Part shown: in pieces, positions 15,801 through 26,672 of the stretch | Numbering within the stretch: the stretch's first letter is position 1 | Layout: every line of letters begins with the position of its first letter | Source: an uncultured Bifidobacterium sp. | GTDB taxonomy: Bacteria > Verrucomicrobiota > Verrucomicrobiia > Limisphaerales > JADLHS01 | DNA length: 64,000 nt | Assembly (NCBI GenBank): GCA_964594985.1 | Contig: CAZQNQ010000003.1 | Location: 81,446 to 145,445, forward strand | Direction: 5' to 3' | Made by a program: the position numbers and the translations under genes | The notes under the pieces: model-generated | Database searches by the model: none | What the model was told of the DNA's origin: nothing | The model's input: only the letters and a program-made list of their open reading frames with translations

Positions 15801-17711
15801 ATGAAAACAAATAGACTCAAACGTATAGCAACCATGGCATTCGCCGCGCTGGCTTTGGCCGCGCTGGCCGGCCCCGACAGAGCACAGGCGCAGACTTACG
15901 TAGCTTCGTTCGATACCGACATTACCGCAAATGACGGCGCTGAAGGCGATCTTGGTGGAAGCACAACGAGGACTTGGGATGGCGCTGTCAACGCGCCGGG
16001 TGGTCCGGCTGGCGGCTCCCTTTATCTGACTGTCCCTTTTGCGAATTCCTCCGGCTGGCAGGAACTACAGTTGCATTTTAGCGGGGATCAGAATTTGGCC
16101 AACTACATTAATGTGGAGTTTGATATCAAAGTGGACGTGGCCAATTCGCATGTGGGTCCGAATGGATACGGTGCAATTTATCCGGTTATTCAGAATTGGT
16201 CGGGGGGCAGTCCGGGCTGGGGGCAACTGAGTCCCCAGTTTGTGACGAATAACGGCACCGGTTGGCAACACATGAGTTTTCAGTTGATTGGGGTTGCTGG
16301 CTCTATGAACCGGCTGGTCTTGGATCTTAATACTGGCGGTGGCCCGGTGACGAACACCTGTGCCTACTGGATTGACAACATTGCCCTGACCACCGCTGCA
16401 TTGCCACCCCCGACCTTGGCGAGCCCGGTCGCGGCGCCAGCGGAAACGGGCCTCACCTTGCTGCCGGCAACCACGGGTCAATATCAGCGCGTGATGGTGT
16501 ACCCGAATCCGACCTTGGGCACCTCGTGGGGATGGTACGGTGTCGGTGGGCCTGTTTCCTACTCCTTTACGATCACCAACTTCCCCAACGTAAATAATTA
16601 TGGCGCGCAAATGTTCTTGATCCCCAACGCCACCATGCAATACACCGCCACTGACACTTCAGTAGATTGGAATTGCACAAATGATCTGGTCTTGAGCATT
16701 TCGGCCAATGGTGATAACCCGCCCACGGGTTGGGGTGTCACCTTTGCCGCCAAAACCAATTCTCCCGGGGCTTTGGGTCAAGGTAATCCGAATCTGACAA
16801 TCACGAACTTTGCTTATAACACGCTTCCGGTAGGTACTTGGACCGTCACCTTCAACAACAATACGGATTTTACAATTACCGCGCCGGACAATTCTGTGGT
16901 GAGCGCCTCGTTGCCTGCAGACGTGGCAGATATTGTCAGTGGTAATGCGGCGGGCAACACAGCCATGACCGCGTATTTCGGCATTCAGCCGAATAATCCT
17001 GCCGGGCTTGGCAAGGCGGCGGTTTTTAGCAACATAAAAATCACCGGTACCACTAGTCCGAATATCAACGACAACTTCAACACAGGTAGCCTTGATACGA
17101 ATACTTGGAGTAAACTTTCCGATCAGCCGTTGGACATTTTTGTAAACGACGGCGACCTGATCTATTATGTGACGTGGAACACGCCTAATGACCAAGGCTA
17201 TTCAACTCTCTTGAGTGCTGCAACGGTTTCGGGGCCATGGGTTGACCTGGTTTCCTCGGCCGACTGGATGTTGGTGAACGGGAACAAGGCAGCAAAAATC
17301 AGCAAATCGGCCCTCCAGTCCTTGACCGGGCAAAGCGGGACTGCCTTTTTCCGTTTGATTAAACGGCAATTTTCTCAGCTTCAAGTGCTGTTGCCCGGTG
17401 AAACCAGTGCGCCGAACACCCCAACCGGCAAGACCGGCACGCCGACTCCCATTACAACGGGCGACATCATCAATGTGACCATCAACTCCGTGGACGACAA
17501 CTTCAACATTGTAAACGCTTCGGATATGATCCATCTGGTAGGCTCCGACCCCAGCGTCGTGGCAGACGGAGATTATGCGCTGAGCGGTGGTACGGTTAGC
17601 ATCCTGGTGCAGTTTCAAAGTGCGGGTGCGTTTACTGTCACGGCTTCGGATTTGACCGACCCGACGAAGACTTCCGGCACCAGCAGCTCCATCACGGTCA
17701 CGGATCCGTAA
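15801..17711 (+). CDS. secreted protein with N-terminal CBM-like beta-sandwich and C-terminal Ig-like domain
   Basis: 636 aa with signal peptide ALAALAGPDRAQA. The N-terminal domain ends in YWIDNIAL (compare FYLDDIQF in the next hydrolase). An internal ...GTAFFRLI module is present. No catalytic motif recognised. Confidence 0.75.
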   Translation: MKTNRLKRIATMAFAALALAALAGPDRAQAQTYVASFDTDITANDGAEGDLGGSTTRTWDGAVNAPGGPAGGSLYLTVPFANSSGWQELQLHFSGDQNLANYINVEFDIKVDVANSHVGPNGYGAIYPVIQNWSGGSPGWGQLSPQFVTNNGTGWQHMSFQLIGVAGSMNRLVLDLNTGGGPVTNTCAYWIDNIALTTAALPPPTLASPVAAPAETGLTLLPATTGQYQRVMVYPNPTLGTSWGWYGVGGPVSYSFTITNFPNVNNYGAQMFLIPNATMQYTATDTSVDWNCTNDLVLSISANGDNPPTGWGVTFAAKTNSPGALGQGNPNLTITNFAYNTLPVGTWTVTFNNNTDFTITAPDNSVVSASLPADVADIVSGNAAGNTAMTAYFGIQPNNPAGLGKAAVFSNIKITGTTSPNINDNFNTGSLDTNTWSKLSDQPLDIFVNDGDLIYYVTWNTPNDQGYSTLLSAATVSGPWVDLVSSADWMLVNGNKAAKISKSALQSLTGQSGTAFFRLIKRQFSQLQVLLPGETSAPNTPTGKTGTPTPITTGDIINVTINSVDDNFNIVNASDMIHLVGSDPSVVADGDYALSGGTVSILVQFQSAGAFTVTASDLTDPTKTSGTSSSITVTDP

Positions 17712-17721
17712 TTTGAATCCA

Positions 17722-17755
17722 CATCGGATGCCGGCGACGTCGCCGGCATCCGATG
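17722..17755 (+). terminator. perfect 17-bp-arm palindrome after the 636-aa gene
   Basis: CATCGGATGCCGGCGAC/GTCGCCGGCATCCGATG. It is flanked by an outer 8-bp inverted repeat ATTTGAAT (17711) / ATTCAAAT (17776). No T-run follows. Confidence 0.5.
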
Positions 17756-17801
17756 CTCCGATTGCCGCCCCCCCATTCAAATCAAAAAGTTATCCTCAAC
17801 T

Positions 17802-18722
17802 TTGAACACATCACCTCTTAACGCCAGCCGCCCCCACCCACAGCGTCGCGCTTTCACGTTGATCGAGTTATTGGTGGTCATCGCCATCATTGCTATTCTG
17901 GCCGCAATGCTGTTGCCCGCTTTGGCCAAAGCCAAGGCCAAGGCTCATGGTATTCAATGCATGAGCAACATGCGTCAGCTCACGATTGCCTGGAAAATGT
18001 ATCCAGACGACAACGAAGATTTTCTGCCGCCCAATGATTTTCCCTGGGACCAGGTATTTGCTCCTACCCACAAAAACTGGGTCAGCGGCAGCATGGACAC
18101 CACCGATGCCACGCGGACAGATCTCCTGCTGATGGAAGACAACAGTGTCATCGCGAAGTATTCCAAGAGCCCGGCCATCTTTCGGTGTCCGGCGGATAGA
18201 AGCGTGCAGCGTGTAGGTGGGGTGCTGACTGGTAAAGGCAAACCACGCGTGCGAAGCATGTCCATGAATAGTGCCATCGGCACCGCTTGGAACGAGCCAA
18301 GTGTAACCGCAGCCAACCGAGGGAGGATTCCACTTGTCGGTGACTTCCTGACCGGTAGTTACTCCACTACGCAAACCGCTTGGCAAAAATATGCCAAGAC
18401 AGCCAACATGACTCGGCCAGGACCGGCAAATCTGTGGGTCATGATGGACGAGTTCCCCGGGAGCATCAACGATGCTTCGATGGCGGCCATGGGTTGGGAC
18501 AGTCTATCCGCGGCGAACAGCGAACGGCTCATTGATTACCCAGCCAGTTATCATAATCGCGCCTGCGGCATCAGCTTTGCCGACGGTCATGCTGAAATCA
18601 AAAAGTGGCAGGAATCGAGCACCATGCCGGTGGATACGGGTGATTTGATTCCATTGAATGTTTCAGTGCCAGGGAGTCGCGACGTACAGTGGCTTGGCGA
18701 ACGCACTTCTGCGCGGCGTTGA
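17802..18722 (+). CDS. prepilin-type N-terminal cleavage/methylation protein with H-X9-DG motif (second copy)
   Basis: 306 aa with a TTG start in the track. A|[25 protein letters not shown]-terminal [19 protein letters not shown]. Confidence 0.9.
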   Translation: MNTSPLNASRPHPQRRAFTLIELLVVIAIIAILAAMLLPALAKAKAKAHGIQCMSNMRQLTIAWKMYPDDNEDFLPPNDFPWDQVFAPTHKNWVSGSMDTTDATRTDLLLMEDNSVIAKYSKSPAIFRCPADRSVQRVGGVLTGKGKPRVRSMSMNSAIGTAWNEPSVTAANRGRIPLVGDFLTGSYSTTQTAWQKYAKTANMTRPGPANLWVMMDEFPGSINDASMAAMGWDSLSAANSERLIDYPASYHNRACGISFADGHAEIKKWQESSTMPVDTGDLIPLNVSVPGSRDVQWLGERTSARR

Positions 18723-18791
18723 AGTGGCTGGCAGCAGGCATTGCCGGTAAAACTCATCGGTTTGAAAATTCTCGTCGTGTTATCTTTTGGC

Positions 18792-20957
18792 ATGAGTTGC
18801 CTACCCCAGTTTCGCCCGATGCTACTGTTGTTACTGTCGCTGGCAGCTACCGCCCGGGCGCAGACGCCGCTAACAATTTACTCCGATGGGGTGGTCAACG
18901 GCTTCCAGGATTGGAGTTGGGTGAGCGACCGCAATCTACAGAACCCCACCCCGGTTCACGGCGGGACCTATTCCATTCGCGCCACCGCCAATGCATGGGA
19001 AGCGGTTTCCTTCTACCACTCGGATTACAATCTGAGCGCCTACACAAACTTTTCGTTCTGGGCACACGGCGGCACGACGGGCGGACAGCGCTTGCAGGTT
19101 TATTTCAGTTACCCGGACAACAGTTCCGGTCCGGTGGTTGCCATTCCCACCGGTCTGCCTACCAACGCCTGGCAACAATACACCATCCCGCTCAGTTCGC
19201 TCGGTGCAGCGACTGCCACCAACTTGCATCGCATCAACATTCAACTCACGAGTTCCGGCACGGCGGGCACTTTTTATCTCGATGACATCCAATTCAATCC
19301 CCTGCCCGTCCCGGCGCTGGTCAAGGTGAGCCTCGTCGCCACCCAAGCCGTGCGCATCGTGGAGGAACGCCATTTCGGCGTGAACCTCACCATGTGGGAC
19401 AATTACTTCGATCCCCCAAATCATCTGACCACCATCGCGCTGCTCCAGGAGATGGGCACGACCGTCGTCCGCATGCCCGGCGGCTCGCTCTCGGATGAAT
19501 ATCATTGGGGCTCCAACACCACGTTAAGCAATACCTGGCAATGGGCGGCTTCCTTCAACGAAATGGCCCGCGTCACGACCAACGTCGGCGCGCAAGCGTT
19601 CATTGTCGTCAACTACGGCAGCGGCACGCCCGAGGAAGCCGCCGGGTGGGTGCGCCACGCCAATGTTACCAATCAACTCGGCTTCAAGTATTGGGAGATC
19701 GGGAATGAATGCTACGGCACGTGGGAGCACGATACCAACGCACTGCCCAATCACGCTTACACCTACGCCCTGCGCGCCTCCAACTACATCGCGCAAATGA
19801 AAGCCGCCGACCCGACCATCAAGATCGGCGTCGTCGTCGCCCCCGGAGAAAATTCCTATGCGAACGGCTACACCGATCATCCCGCCGTGAACCCGCGCAC
19901 CGGCCAGACCAATTACGGCTGGACGCCGGTGCTGCTCACCACGCTGAAGAATCTGGGCGTTACGCCGGATTACCTCATCCACCATCATTATCCGCAGTGG
20001 ACTGATCCCAATAATGTCGCCGCTTCCCCCGACAATGACACCAACCTGCTCCAATCCACCAGCAATTGGGCCGTGGACGCCGCCGACTTGCGCCAGCAGA
20101 TCACCGATTACTTCGGCCCGGGTGGGACGAACATCCAACTCGTTGTCACCGAGAACAACGCCGATGCCGGCAACCAAGGACGCCAATCCACCAGTCTCGT
20201 CAACGGACTTTACTATGCCGACAGCCTCGGGAAATTGCTGCAGACCGAGTTTCAAGGTTTTGTCTGGTGGGATTTGCGGAACGGTCGCGACTACGGCGGT
20301 TATTTCGGCTCGCAACTCTACGGCTGGAAACCCTATGGCGATCTGGGCATGGTCACCGACTTGGACATCCGGCATCCGACCTTCTACGCGGCCAAGCTCA
20401 TGCAGTGGTTCGCGCGGCCCGGCGACAAGATTCTCTCCACCACGAGCGATTACTCCTGGCTGTCCGCCTACAGTGCCCGCCGCGCCAACGGCTCGGTGGC
20501 CTTGCTGGTGTTGAACCGCTTCAGCCTCTCCAATCTGAACGCGCAAATCTCGCTGACCGGGTTCACGCCGCAAACCGTCGCCACGCGGCGCTCCTACGGC
20601 ATCCCCAACGATGAAGCCGCCCGCACCAACGCCCCCGCCGCCGCCCAGGACATCTCGACCAACACGTTCGCCAGTGCCGGCACGAACTTCACTTACAGTT
20701 TTGCGCCTTACTCGATGACGTTGTTCACGCTTGCCCCGGTGGCCCCAAAACTCAGCACCGTGGCCGCATCCGCCGGGCAATTCGTCTTTCAACTCCAAGG
20801 TCAACCGGATGTCCCCTACGTGATCCAATCGTCAGCCGATCTGATCACTTGGACGCCACAATCCACCAACCTCCTGACGGGAACATCACTCAACGTGACC
20901 AATCCCATCACCCTGCAACCGCCGCAGAAGTATTGGCGCGCTGCCTGGTTTCCTTGA
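18792..20957 (+). CDS. secreted clan GH-A (TIM-barrel) glycoside hydrolase with N-terminal CBM-like domain and C-terminal beta-sandwich
   Basis: The track starts at TTG 18741. ATG 18792 gives the signal peptide MSCLPQFRPMLLLLLSLAATARA. Motifs: RMPGGSLSDEYHW, YWEIGNECYG (acid/base Glu context), LVVTENNAD (candidate nucleophile). Style is GH51/GH79/GH39-like; the family is not resolved. Confidence 0.8.
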   Translation: MSCLPQFRPMLLLLLSLAATARAQTPLTIYSDGVVNGFQDWSWVSDRNLQNPTPVHGGTYSIRATANAWEAVSFYHSDYNLSAYTNFSFWAHGGTTGGQRLQVYFSYPDNSSGPVVAIPTGLPTNAWQQYTIPLSSLGAATATNLHRINIQLTSSGTAGTFYLDDIQFNPLPVPALVKVSLVATQAVRIVEERHFGVNLTMWDNYFDPPNHLTTIALLQEMGTTVVRMPGGSLSDEYHWGSNTTLSNTWQWAASFNEMARVTTNVGAQAFIVVNYGSGTPEEAAGWVRHANVTNQLGFKYWEIGNECYGTWEHDTNALPNHAYTYALRASNYIAQMKAADPTIKIGVVVAPGENSYANGYTDHPAVNPRTGQTNYGWTPVLLTTLKNLGVTPDYLIHHHYPQWTDPNNVAASPDNDTNLLQSTSNWAVDAADLRQQITDYFGPGGTNIQLVVTENNADAGNQGRQSTSLVNGLYYADSLGKLLQTEFQGFVWWDLRNGRDYGGYFGSQLYGWKPYGDLGMVTDLDIRHPTFYAAKLMQWFARPGDKILSTTSDYSWLSAYSARRANGSVALLVLNRFSLSNLNAQISLTGFTPQTVATRRSYGIPNDEAARTNAPAAAQDISTNTFASAGTNFTYSFAPYSMTLFTLAPVAPKLSTVAASAGQFVFQLQGQPDVPYVIQSSADLITWTPQSTNLLTGTSLNVTNPITLQPPQKYWRAAWFP

Positions 20958-20983
20958 GAGAGCCGGTGCCGCAAAGCTGTAGC

Positions 20984-21028
20984 GCAGGCATCCCTGCCTG
21001 CGAGTTCACGGAGCATCCCTGCTCCGTG
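20984..21028. terminator. two adjacent hairpins between convergent genes
   Basis: GCAGGCA-TCCC-TGCCTGC (20984..21001) and CACGGAGCA-TCCC-TGCTCCGTG (21007..21028). The second is followed by TTT. Both have the same TCCC loop. Confidence 0.55.
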
Positions 21029-21042
21029 TTTCCCCTGGCAGC

Positions 21043-22221
21043 TTACGACCGGCGCTTGAGATTTTTCGCGATCAACTCGCAGCGTTGCTCCACGCAGAGC
21101 TTCGAGCGCATCACGTCCCCCGGCGTGTTCAACACGTAATCAAGGAGCTTATCCACCGTGCTCGTGGCGACATGCGTGCGGGTGTCAGATGAACCGTAGT
21201 AGATGAAGACATCGCCATTCTGGCGCGCAACCCAGCCGTTGGCGAACAGGACGTTGGAAACATCGCCCACGCGCTCATCGCCTTCCGGGGCCATGAAATA
21301 GCCGCCGGGTGCTTTGAGTAATTTCCACGGCTCGTTCAAGTCGCACAAGAACAGGTAGAGCACATAACGCATCCCGACCGCGGTGTTGCGCACGCCGTGA
21401 GCCAGATGCAACCAGCCTTGCTTCGTCTTGATCGGCGTCGGCCCCAAGCCGTTCTTGCCTTCCTTGATCGTGTGATAAAAGCGCGGATCAACGATGCGCT
21501 CCTTCTTCACGACGGCGTTCGTGATGTCATCACACAATCCCCAGCCGATGCCGTCGCCCGAACCGGTCGCCGCGAAATCATTCATCGGACGCGTGTAGAA
21601 CGCGTACTTGCCGTTCACGAATTCCGGGTGCAACACACAGTTACGTTGGTGCAGTGCCGGCGTCTTGAGGTCTTTCAATCGTTCCCACTTCACGAGGTCC
21701 TTCGTGCGCGCGATGCCGCAGCGCGCAATCGCCGCCGAGAGATCATGCGGCTTGGCATCATCATGCCGCTCGGCGCAAAATAAACCGTAAATCCAACCAT
21801 CCTCGTGCCGCACGAGGCGCAGGTCGTAAAGGTTTGTTTCCTTCGCGTCCAATTCCGGCATCCGCACCGGATAATCCCAGAACCGGAAACCGTCCACGCC
21901 CGTCTTGCTTTCCGCGATGGCGAAGAAGGACTTCCGATCCCAGCCTTCCACCCGCGCCGCGAGCACAATGTTCCCGTTCCATTCCATCGCGCCGACGTTG
22001 AACACGCAGTTGATCCCCAGCCGCGTCATCAAATGCGGATTGGCCTGCGGATCGAAATCATACCGCCACTCCAGCGGCGTGTGCGCGGCGGTCAACACCG
22101 GATGTTGATGGCGATCAAAGATGCCGTTGCCGGATTTTTCTTTGCGATTGCGCCGGGTGAGGAGTTGGCGGTGTTCACGTTGGAGTTGGCGGCGGCGGGA
22201 TGAAAAAGCGGATTTACTCAC
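21043..22221 (-). CDS. GH130 glycoside phosphorylase (4-O-beta-D-mannosyl-D-glucose / beta-mannoside phosphorylase type)
   Basis: 392 aa with no signal peptide. The N-terminal [24 protein letters not shown]...[23 protein letters not shown] and overall length match GH130 phosphorylases. Its start overlaps the stop of the GH26 gene by 4 nt. Confidence 0.85.
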   Translation of the reverse strand: MSKSAFSSRRRQLQREHRQLLTRRNRKEKSGNGIFDRHQHPVLTAAHTPLEWRYDFDPQANPHLMTRLGINCVFNVGAMEWNGNIVLAARVEGWDRKSFFAIAESKTGVDGFRFWDYPVRMPELDAKETNLYDLRLVRHEDGWIYGLFCAERHDDAKPHDLSAAIARCGIARTKDLVKWERLKDLKTPALHQRNCVLHPEFVNGKYAFYTRPMNDFAATGSGDGIGWGLCDDITNAVVKKERIVDPRFYHTIKEGKNGLGPTPIKTKQGWLHLAHGVRNTAVGMRYVLYLFLCDLNEPWKLLKAPGGYFMAPEGDERVGDVSNVLFANGWVARQNGDVFIYYGSSDTRTHVATSTVDKLLDYVLNTPGDVMRSKLCVEQRCELIAKNLKRRS

Positions 22222-24197
22222 GGGTTTGGCTGGTTGGCTTGGGTCAGTTTCTTGTTGGGTTCAATCGAGTCAGGCAAAGCGAGGCGCGCGGCGGGAATGG
22301 GTCTTTCCTCCGTGCCATCCGGCAACTGCCAGCGCACGGACAGATGCGTTGAACCGGCGTGCTGGGTCTGGAGCACTTCGAGGTGGTAGCGTTTCCCGGC
22401 TTCCAATCGCACCGGGGCGGACGCGGCTTCATGCGTGTGCGGCCACTTGGCGTACGGTGTGTCGCCGCGCACTTCGGCGATTTTCACTTTGTTCGCCGCC
22501 GTCGCATCCGTGCTCAACCACAGTTCCGAGCGATCGTCGTTCGCGATCCAAAACCGGTACTCACCCGTCTGCGGCGGGATGAGTTGCGCGACGAAGCGCG
22601 ACTGGAAGTTCGTCTCCAACTGCACCGGAACTTCAAATGCCTTGCGCACGATCTCCCGCCGTTTGACTGGAACTGAATCCACCTCCACTCCCGGCGCAAC
22701 ATTCCAACTCTCGCGCACGATGCCTGAACCTGGCCCGACCGAAAACTCCGCACTCATGGCGCTTTGCAGTCCCTTCGCCTTCGCCATCAGCACCGCGTTC
22801 GTCACCGGCCACGCAAATGTCAGCTCGGGAAACGTCGCCACGCCATTGATGGCGATTGCGGTTACTCTCCGTTGCCCCAGCGCCGTATCACTCTCCAACG
22901 CCACGAGATGACTGCCGGTACGCACCGTGCGACCGTTCGCATCCTGCACCAGAATCGCCAGCGGTCGGCGGGCTGGACTGGCGATGCCGTAATCACCCGG
23001 CGCAGTCGCGAACGCAAGCTTCACCGCCCTGGCCACCGGCTGAAACGGGTATTCTTTCAACTTCGGCAGGTCGTTCAAGTTCGCGACCCAGGGATGCTGG
23101 TAAAATTCTTTGAGCTGCGCCGGGGAATTGTATTTCGTCAGTTCCTCGCCGTTCCATGTGATGAAGAACAACCAGTTCACCTTTTCGGCGGCCACCAGCA
23201 CCGGATCGGGAATCGGGCCGTTCTCGGACATGCCGACGAGTTTGGTTTTGCCGCCCAGAGCCAGAAGCTCATCGTAGATTTCTTTCGCGGCCCCGTGATT
23301 GCCATCCATCGGGTAATGATCCTGCCCGATGAGGTCCACGTAAGCGTCGCCCGGATACCACGCCGCCAGATCAATGCTCGCGCCCGGGGAGAAAACCCAG
23401 ATGAGATTCGTCAGTCCGTGATGCGCTGTGAACCGCTCGAACATCAAATGCCACAACTTCACGCATGCCTCCGGCCCCGCCGCGCCCCACCAGAACCAGC
23501 GTCCGTTCGCCTCGTGCAACGGTCGCCATAATACCGGCACTTGCGCGGCCTGCAGCAGTTTGAGTTGTTCGGCGATCGCGTCCAAGTCGCGCAATACGCC
23601 GACGTGTTCGGGAGTGTCGGGAATGACGGCCCGCGTCGCGTCGAAGTCGGTTTCCTTGGTGTAGAAGGCACGTTTGCCCACCGGCGCATTCCAATGCCAG
23701 CAGAACGTCACAATCCCATTCCGGTTGGAATACCAATCCAGCGCCTGCCGGGCGACGATACTCGGCCCGTTCCCGGCCTGGCCGCGTCCGCCCATCAGAC
23801 CCGCCGCTTCCAATCCCAGGATGGCCGGCAGCTTGCCGGTGTGTTGCTGGATGTGCTGCAACTCGAAACCCAGTTCGTTTGTGCCGCGCCAGCCGCGTTG
23901 CTGTCCTGACAACATTTTCTTCCCGTGCATGTCGTGTAGATACGTGAGCAAGGCTTGCGCTTCCGGGGAAGCGTTCGGCGTCACCGGTGTATCAGCGCGC
24001 GTGGTCAATACTGGGAGCAGCAGGAATAGCGCAAGAGCGCCACCCCACCGGGAGCGCCAGCGTCTCGCTGGCGGGTGGTCTGCCCCTAAAAGGATATCCT
24101 CGCCAGCGAGACGCTGGCGCTCCCGGGAAAGTGCCCGCTCCGGTTTCGCACCCGAACCAGACAACAGCACTTCCCCACCTGTTGGTTTCGTGGCCAT
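22218..24197 (-). CDS. GH26 endo-beta-mannanase with C-terminal PA14 domain
   Basis: The track starts at TTG 24206; the ATG is at 24197. Motifs: [24 protein letters not shown] (GH26 acid/base block), GMSENGP (nucleophile block). PA14-like: [18 protein letters not shown]. Confidence 0.9.
   Translation of the reverse strand: MATKPTGGEVLLSGSGAKPERALSRERQRLAGEDILLGADHPPARRWRSRWGGALALFLLLPVLTTRADTPVTPNASPEAQALLTYLHDMHGKKMLSGQQRGWRGTNELGFELQHIQQHTGKLPAILGLEAAGLMGGRGQAGNGPSIVARQALDWYSNRNGIVTFCWHWNAPVGKRAFYTKETDFDATRAVIPDTPEHVGVLRDLDAIAEQLKLLQAAQVPVLWRPLHEANGRWFWWGAAGPEACVKLWHLMFERFTAHHGLTNLIWVFSPGASIDLAAWYPGDAYVDLIGQDHYPMDGNHGAAKEIYDELLALGGKTKLVGMSENGPIPDPVLVAAEKVNWLFFITWNGEELTKYNSPAQLKEFYQHPWVANLNDLPKLKEYPFQPVARAVKLAFATAPGDYGIASPARRPLAILVQDANGRTVRTGSHLVALESDTALGQRRVTAIAINGVATFPELTFAWPVTNAVLMAKAKGLQSAMSAEFSVGPGSGIVRESWNVAPGVEVDSVPVKRREIVRKAFEVPVQLETNFQSRFVAQLIPPQTGEYRFWIANDDRSELWLSTDATAANKVKIAEVRGDTPYAKWPHTHEAASAPVRLEAGKRYHLEVLQTQHAGSTHLSVRWQLPDGTEERPIPAARLALPDSIEPNKKLTQANQPNP
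24048..24126. repeat. perfect 26-bp inverted repeat with 27-nt spacer inside the 5-prime end of the GH26 ORF
   Basis: CCGGGAGCGCCAGCGTCTCGCTGGCG (24048..24073) and its exact reverse complement (24101..24126). Confidence 0.9.
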
Positions 24198-24311
24198 GGT
24201 CGGCAATGATACTGCGTCCCTGCGATCATCCGATTGTCATCAAAACTCGCTACACCAAAAGAACTCCGGCTTGCGCGAAAATTCGTTCATCATCGGCTCC
24301 AGCAAATTCCC

Positions 24312-25682
24312 ATGAATAAAAGCTCCGTCACGCGCCGCGATTTTATCCGCACGACCGCCTTGGCTTTGCCGCTCATCGCGGCGGGTTGTGCGGGGACACG
24401 CCATCATCCGCGCTCCGGCTCGGGCCGCAAGGATGAATTCGTCGCCGTGCGCGACGGCCATTTCGTGTTACGGGGCGAGCCGTACGCCTTTGTCGGGGCA
24501 AACATGTGGTTCGGCTGTTACCTCGCCGATGCCGCGCTGCCGGGCGGTCGCGCGCGACTGGTGCGGGAACTGGATCGTCTGCACCAAATCGGCGCCACAA
24601 ATGTTCGCCTGCTGGCCGGTTCGGAAACTTCCCCGCTCGTCGGCGCGATTTCCCGCGGCATCACCAAATCGCCCCGCGAGTACGACGAGGAGTTGTTGCA
24701 AGGGCTGGATTTCTGTCTCGCCGAAATGGCCCAGCGCGACATGCGGGCGATCCTGTTTCTCTCCAACTACTGGCAATGGTCGGGCAGCTTTGCGCAATAC
24801 GTGCGCTGGGTCACCGGCGAGAGCATCCCCGATCCCGATCTCCCGAAGATTGCCGCCGGTGATTGGGGCGCGTTCATGAAGATGTCCGCGCGTTTCTACG
24901 CCACGCCCGCCGCGAACGAACTTTATCTCGATTACACCGCCAAACTACTGGCCCGTCGCAACACGGTGAACGGTCGCGTTTACAACGAAGACCCGACCGT
25001 CATGACTTGGGAGCTGGCGAACGAACCGCGACCCGGCGTGGACAGCGACGAAACCATGAAGGACGTGCCACGCTTCTGCGAATGGGTGGACGCCACCGCC
25101 CGCTTCATCCATGAACGCGCTCCGCAGCAACTCGTCTGCACCGGGTCGGAGGGTATCCAAGGCTCGCTCAAGAAGCCCGAGGTGTTCATCGCCGCGCACC
25201 AGACTCCGGCGATTGATTACGTGACCGTCCACATGTGGTTGAAGAACTGGGGCTGGTTGAAAGACCCGGTGCTCGGCACGGAATTCGAAGAGGCTTGCCT
25301 CAAAGCCCGCGATCACGTCGAGCAACACACCCAGATCACGACCGAGGTTCTGCACAAGCCGCTCGTCTTGGAAGAATTCGGTCTGCCGCGCGATCATGAA
25401 AGTTACGATCCCGCCGCACCAACGTTGGCACGGGACGAATATTACCGCCGCATGTTTGATCAGGTCGGGGAGTCGTGTCGCGCCGGGAGGGCGCTACAAG
25501 GTGCAAACTTCTGGGCGTGGGCGGGCGAAGGCCGGGCCAGCGATACTCCTGGCAAGACAGCGGCATCCTTCACCGGCGATCCGTTCTGCGAACCGCAGGG
25601 GTTGAATTCCGTTTTCGATACGGACCAGACCACGCTGGCGGTCATCACAAGAGCCAACCAGCGACTCGCCGCCGGGGCTTGA
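24312..25682 (+). CDS. GH5 endo-beta-mannanase, TAT-signal (possibly lipoprotein)
   Basis: The likely start is MNKSSVTRRDFIRTTALALPLIAAGC at 24312 (the track starts at 24234). Motifs: TWELANEPRPG (acid/base), PLVLEEFGLPRD (nucleophile). Confidence 0.9.
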   Translation: MNKSSVTRRDFIRTTALALPLIAAGCAGTRHHPRSGSGRKDEFVAVRDGHFVLRGEPYAFVGANMWFGCYLADAALPGGRARLVRELDRLHQIGATNVRLLAGSETSPLVGAISRGITKSPREYDEELLQGLDFCLAEMAQRDMRAILFLSNYWQWSGSFAQYVRWVTGESIPDPDLPKIAAGDWGAFMKMSARFYATPAANELYLDYTAKLLARRNTVNGRVYNEDPTVMTWELANEPRPGVDSDETMKDVPRFCEWVDATARFIHERAPQQLVCTGSEGIQGSLKKPEVFIAAHQTPAIDYVTVHMWLKNWGWLKDPVLGTEFEEACLKARDHVEQHTQITTEVLHKPLVLEEFGLPRDHESYDPAAPTLARDEYYRRMFDQVGESCRAGRALQGANFWAWAGEGRASDTPGKTAASFTGDPFCEPQGLNSVFDTDQTTLAVITRANQRLAAGA

Positions 25683-25768
25683 GCCTTGTCATCATGGAAA
25701 AGCGCTGGCGCCGGCCCCATCCAGGGTGACCACTGTTTTCCTTTACCCAAAGTCGGATTCGAGCGGAA

Positions 25769-26656
25769 TTAGGGCTGATGTTCGGAAGCTTTGACTGCGG
25801 GAGTTTGCAGAAAACCGCCATCCGCCAGCCAATCCGCCAGGCGCTGCGGCCAGCCTTTGATTGAAGCAAGCTTGGAACGATTGCCCAGATTGAAGCCATG
25901 CCCGCCCCTGGCGTAGAGGTGAACTTCCACCGGACGCTTGGCAGCACGATATTTCTCCAACTGCGCCAACACTGGACCGACGTGGCTGGTGTCGTCGTTG
26001 GCGACGAGAAAGAACGCGGGTGGCGCATCAACGGGGATATTTCCAGCGGGAACTCCCAGTGGACCGGGATAAATGGAGATCTGGAAATCCGAGCGACAAC
26101 TTGTGCGGTCAATCGCATCCACGGCATTCGTGTCGCCCGTTGTCGGACTGTAAACCAGCATCGCCACGACTTCCCCACCCGCCGAAAAGCCCAGCGCGCC
26201 GATGCGATTCGTATCGAGATTCCACTCTGTCGCGCGACTGCGGATGACGCGCATCGCCCGTTGCGCGTCCTGTTTCGGATGGATTTGCAGCGAGTACGGT
26301 GAATTCGTCTCCCGCGCGAGCCGGTGCTTGAGCACAAAGCACGTCACGCCGAGATCGTTCAGGAATTTTGCCGGCTCGACGCCTTCCGCATTGAACACCA
26401 GTTCGCGATGCCCGCCGCCGGGAACAATCAGCACCGCGCAACCGTTCGCCTTATCCTTTGGCGCGGGAAACACGGTGATGGAGGGATTGTGGATGTTTTT
26501 CACCCAATAATCCTTTGCCTGCTCAGGTTCATCGCGGCGTTCCTCGAATCCCGGCGCACCCTTTTCCCACAGCGGAATAACCTGGGGTTCAGCCTTGCCA
26601 GAGATGGCCAGCACGCAAAAGAGAAATGCGCCTGAGAGGCGAGCAAGAGGTTTCAT
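25769..26656 (-). CDS. secreted alpha/beta-hydrolase esterase (carbohydrate acetyl-esterase candidate)
   Basis: The likely start is MKPLARLSGAFLFCVLAISG at 26656; the track extension to 26779 overlaps the upstream gene. Motifs: LIVPGGGH oxyanion block, GFSAGG (GxSxG), C-terminal GGHGF. Confidence 0.8.
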   Translation of the reverse strand: MKPLARLSGAFLFCVLAISGKAEPQVIPLWEKGAPGFEERRDEPEQAKDYWVKNIHNPSITVFPAPKDKANGCAVLIVPGGGHRELVFNAEGVEPAKFLNDLGVTCFVLKHRLARETNSPYSLQIHPKQDAQRAMRVIRSRATEWNLDTNRIGALGFSAGGEVVAMLVYSPTTGDTNAVDAIDRTSCRSDFQISIYPGPLGVPAGNIPVDAPPAFFLVANDDTSHVGPVLAQLEKYRAAKRPVEVHLYARGGHGFNLGNRSKLASIKGWPQRLADWLADGGFLQTPAVKASEHQP

Positions 26657-26672
26657 GATTTGAAACCGACCG

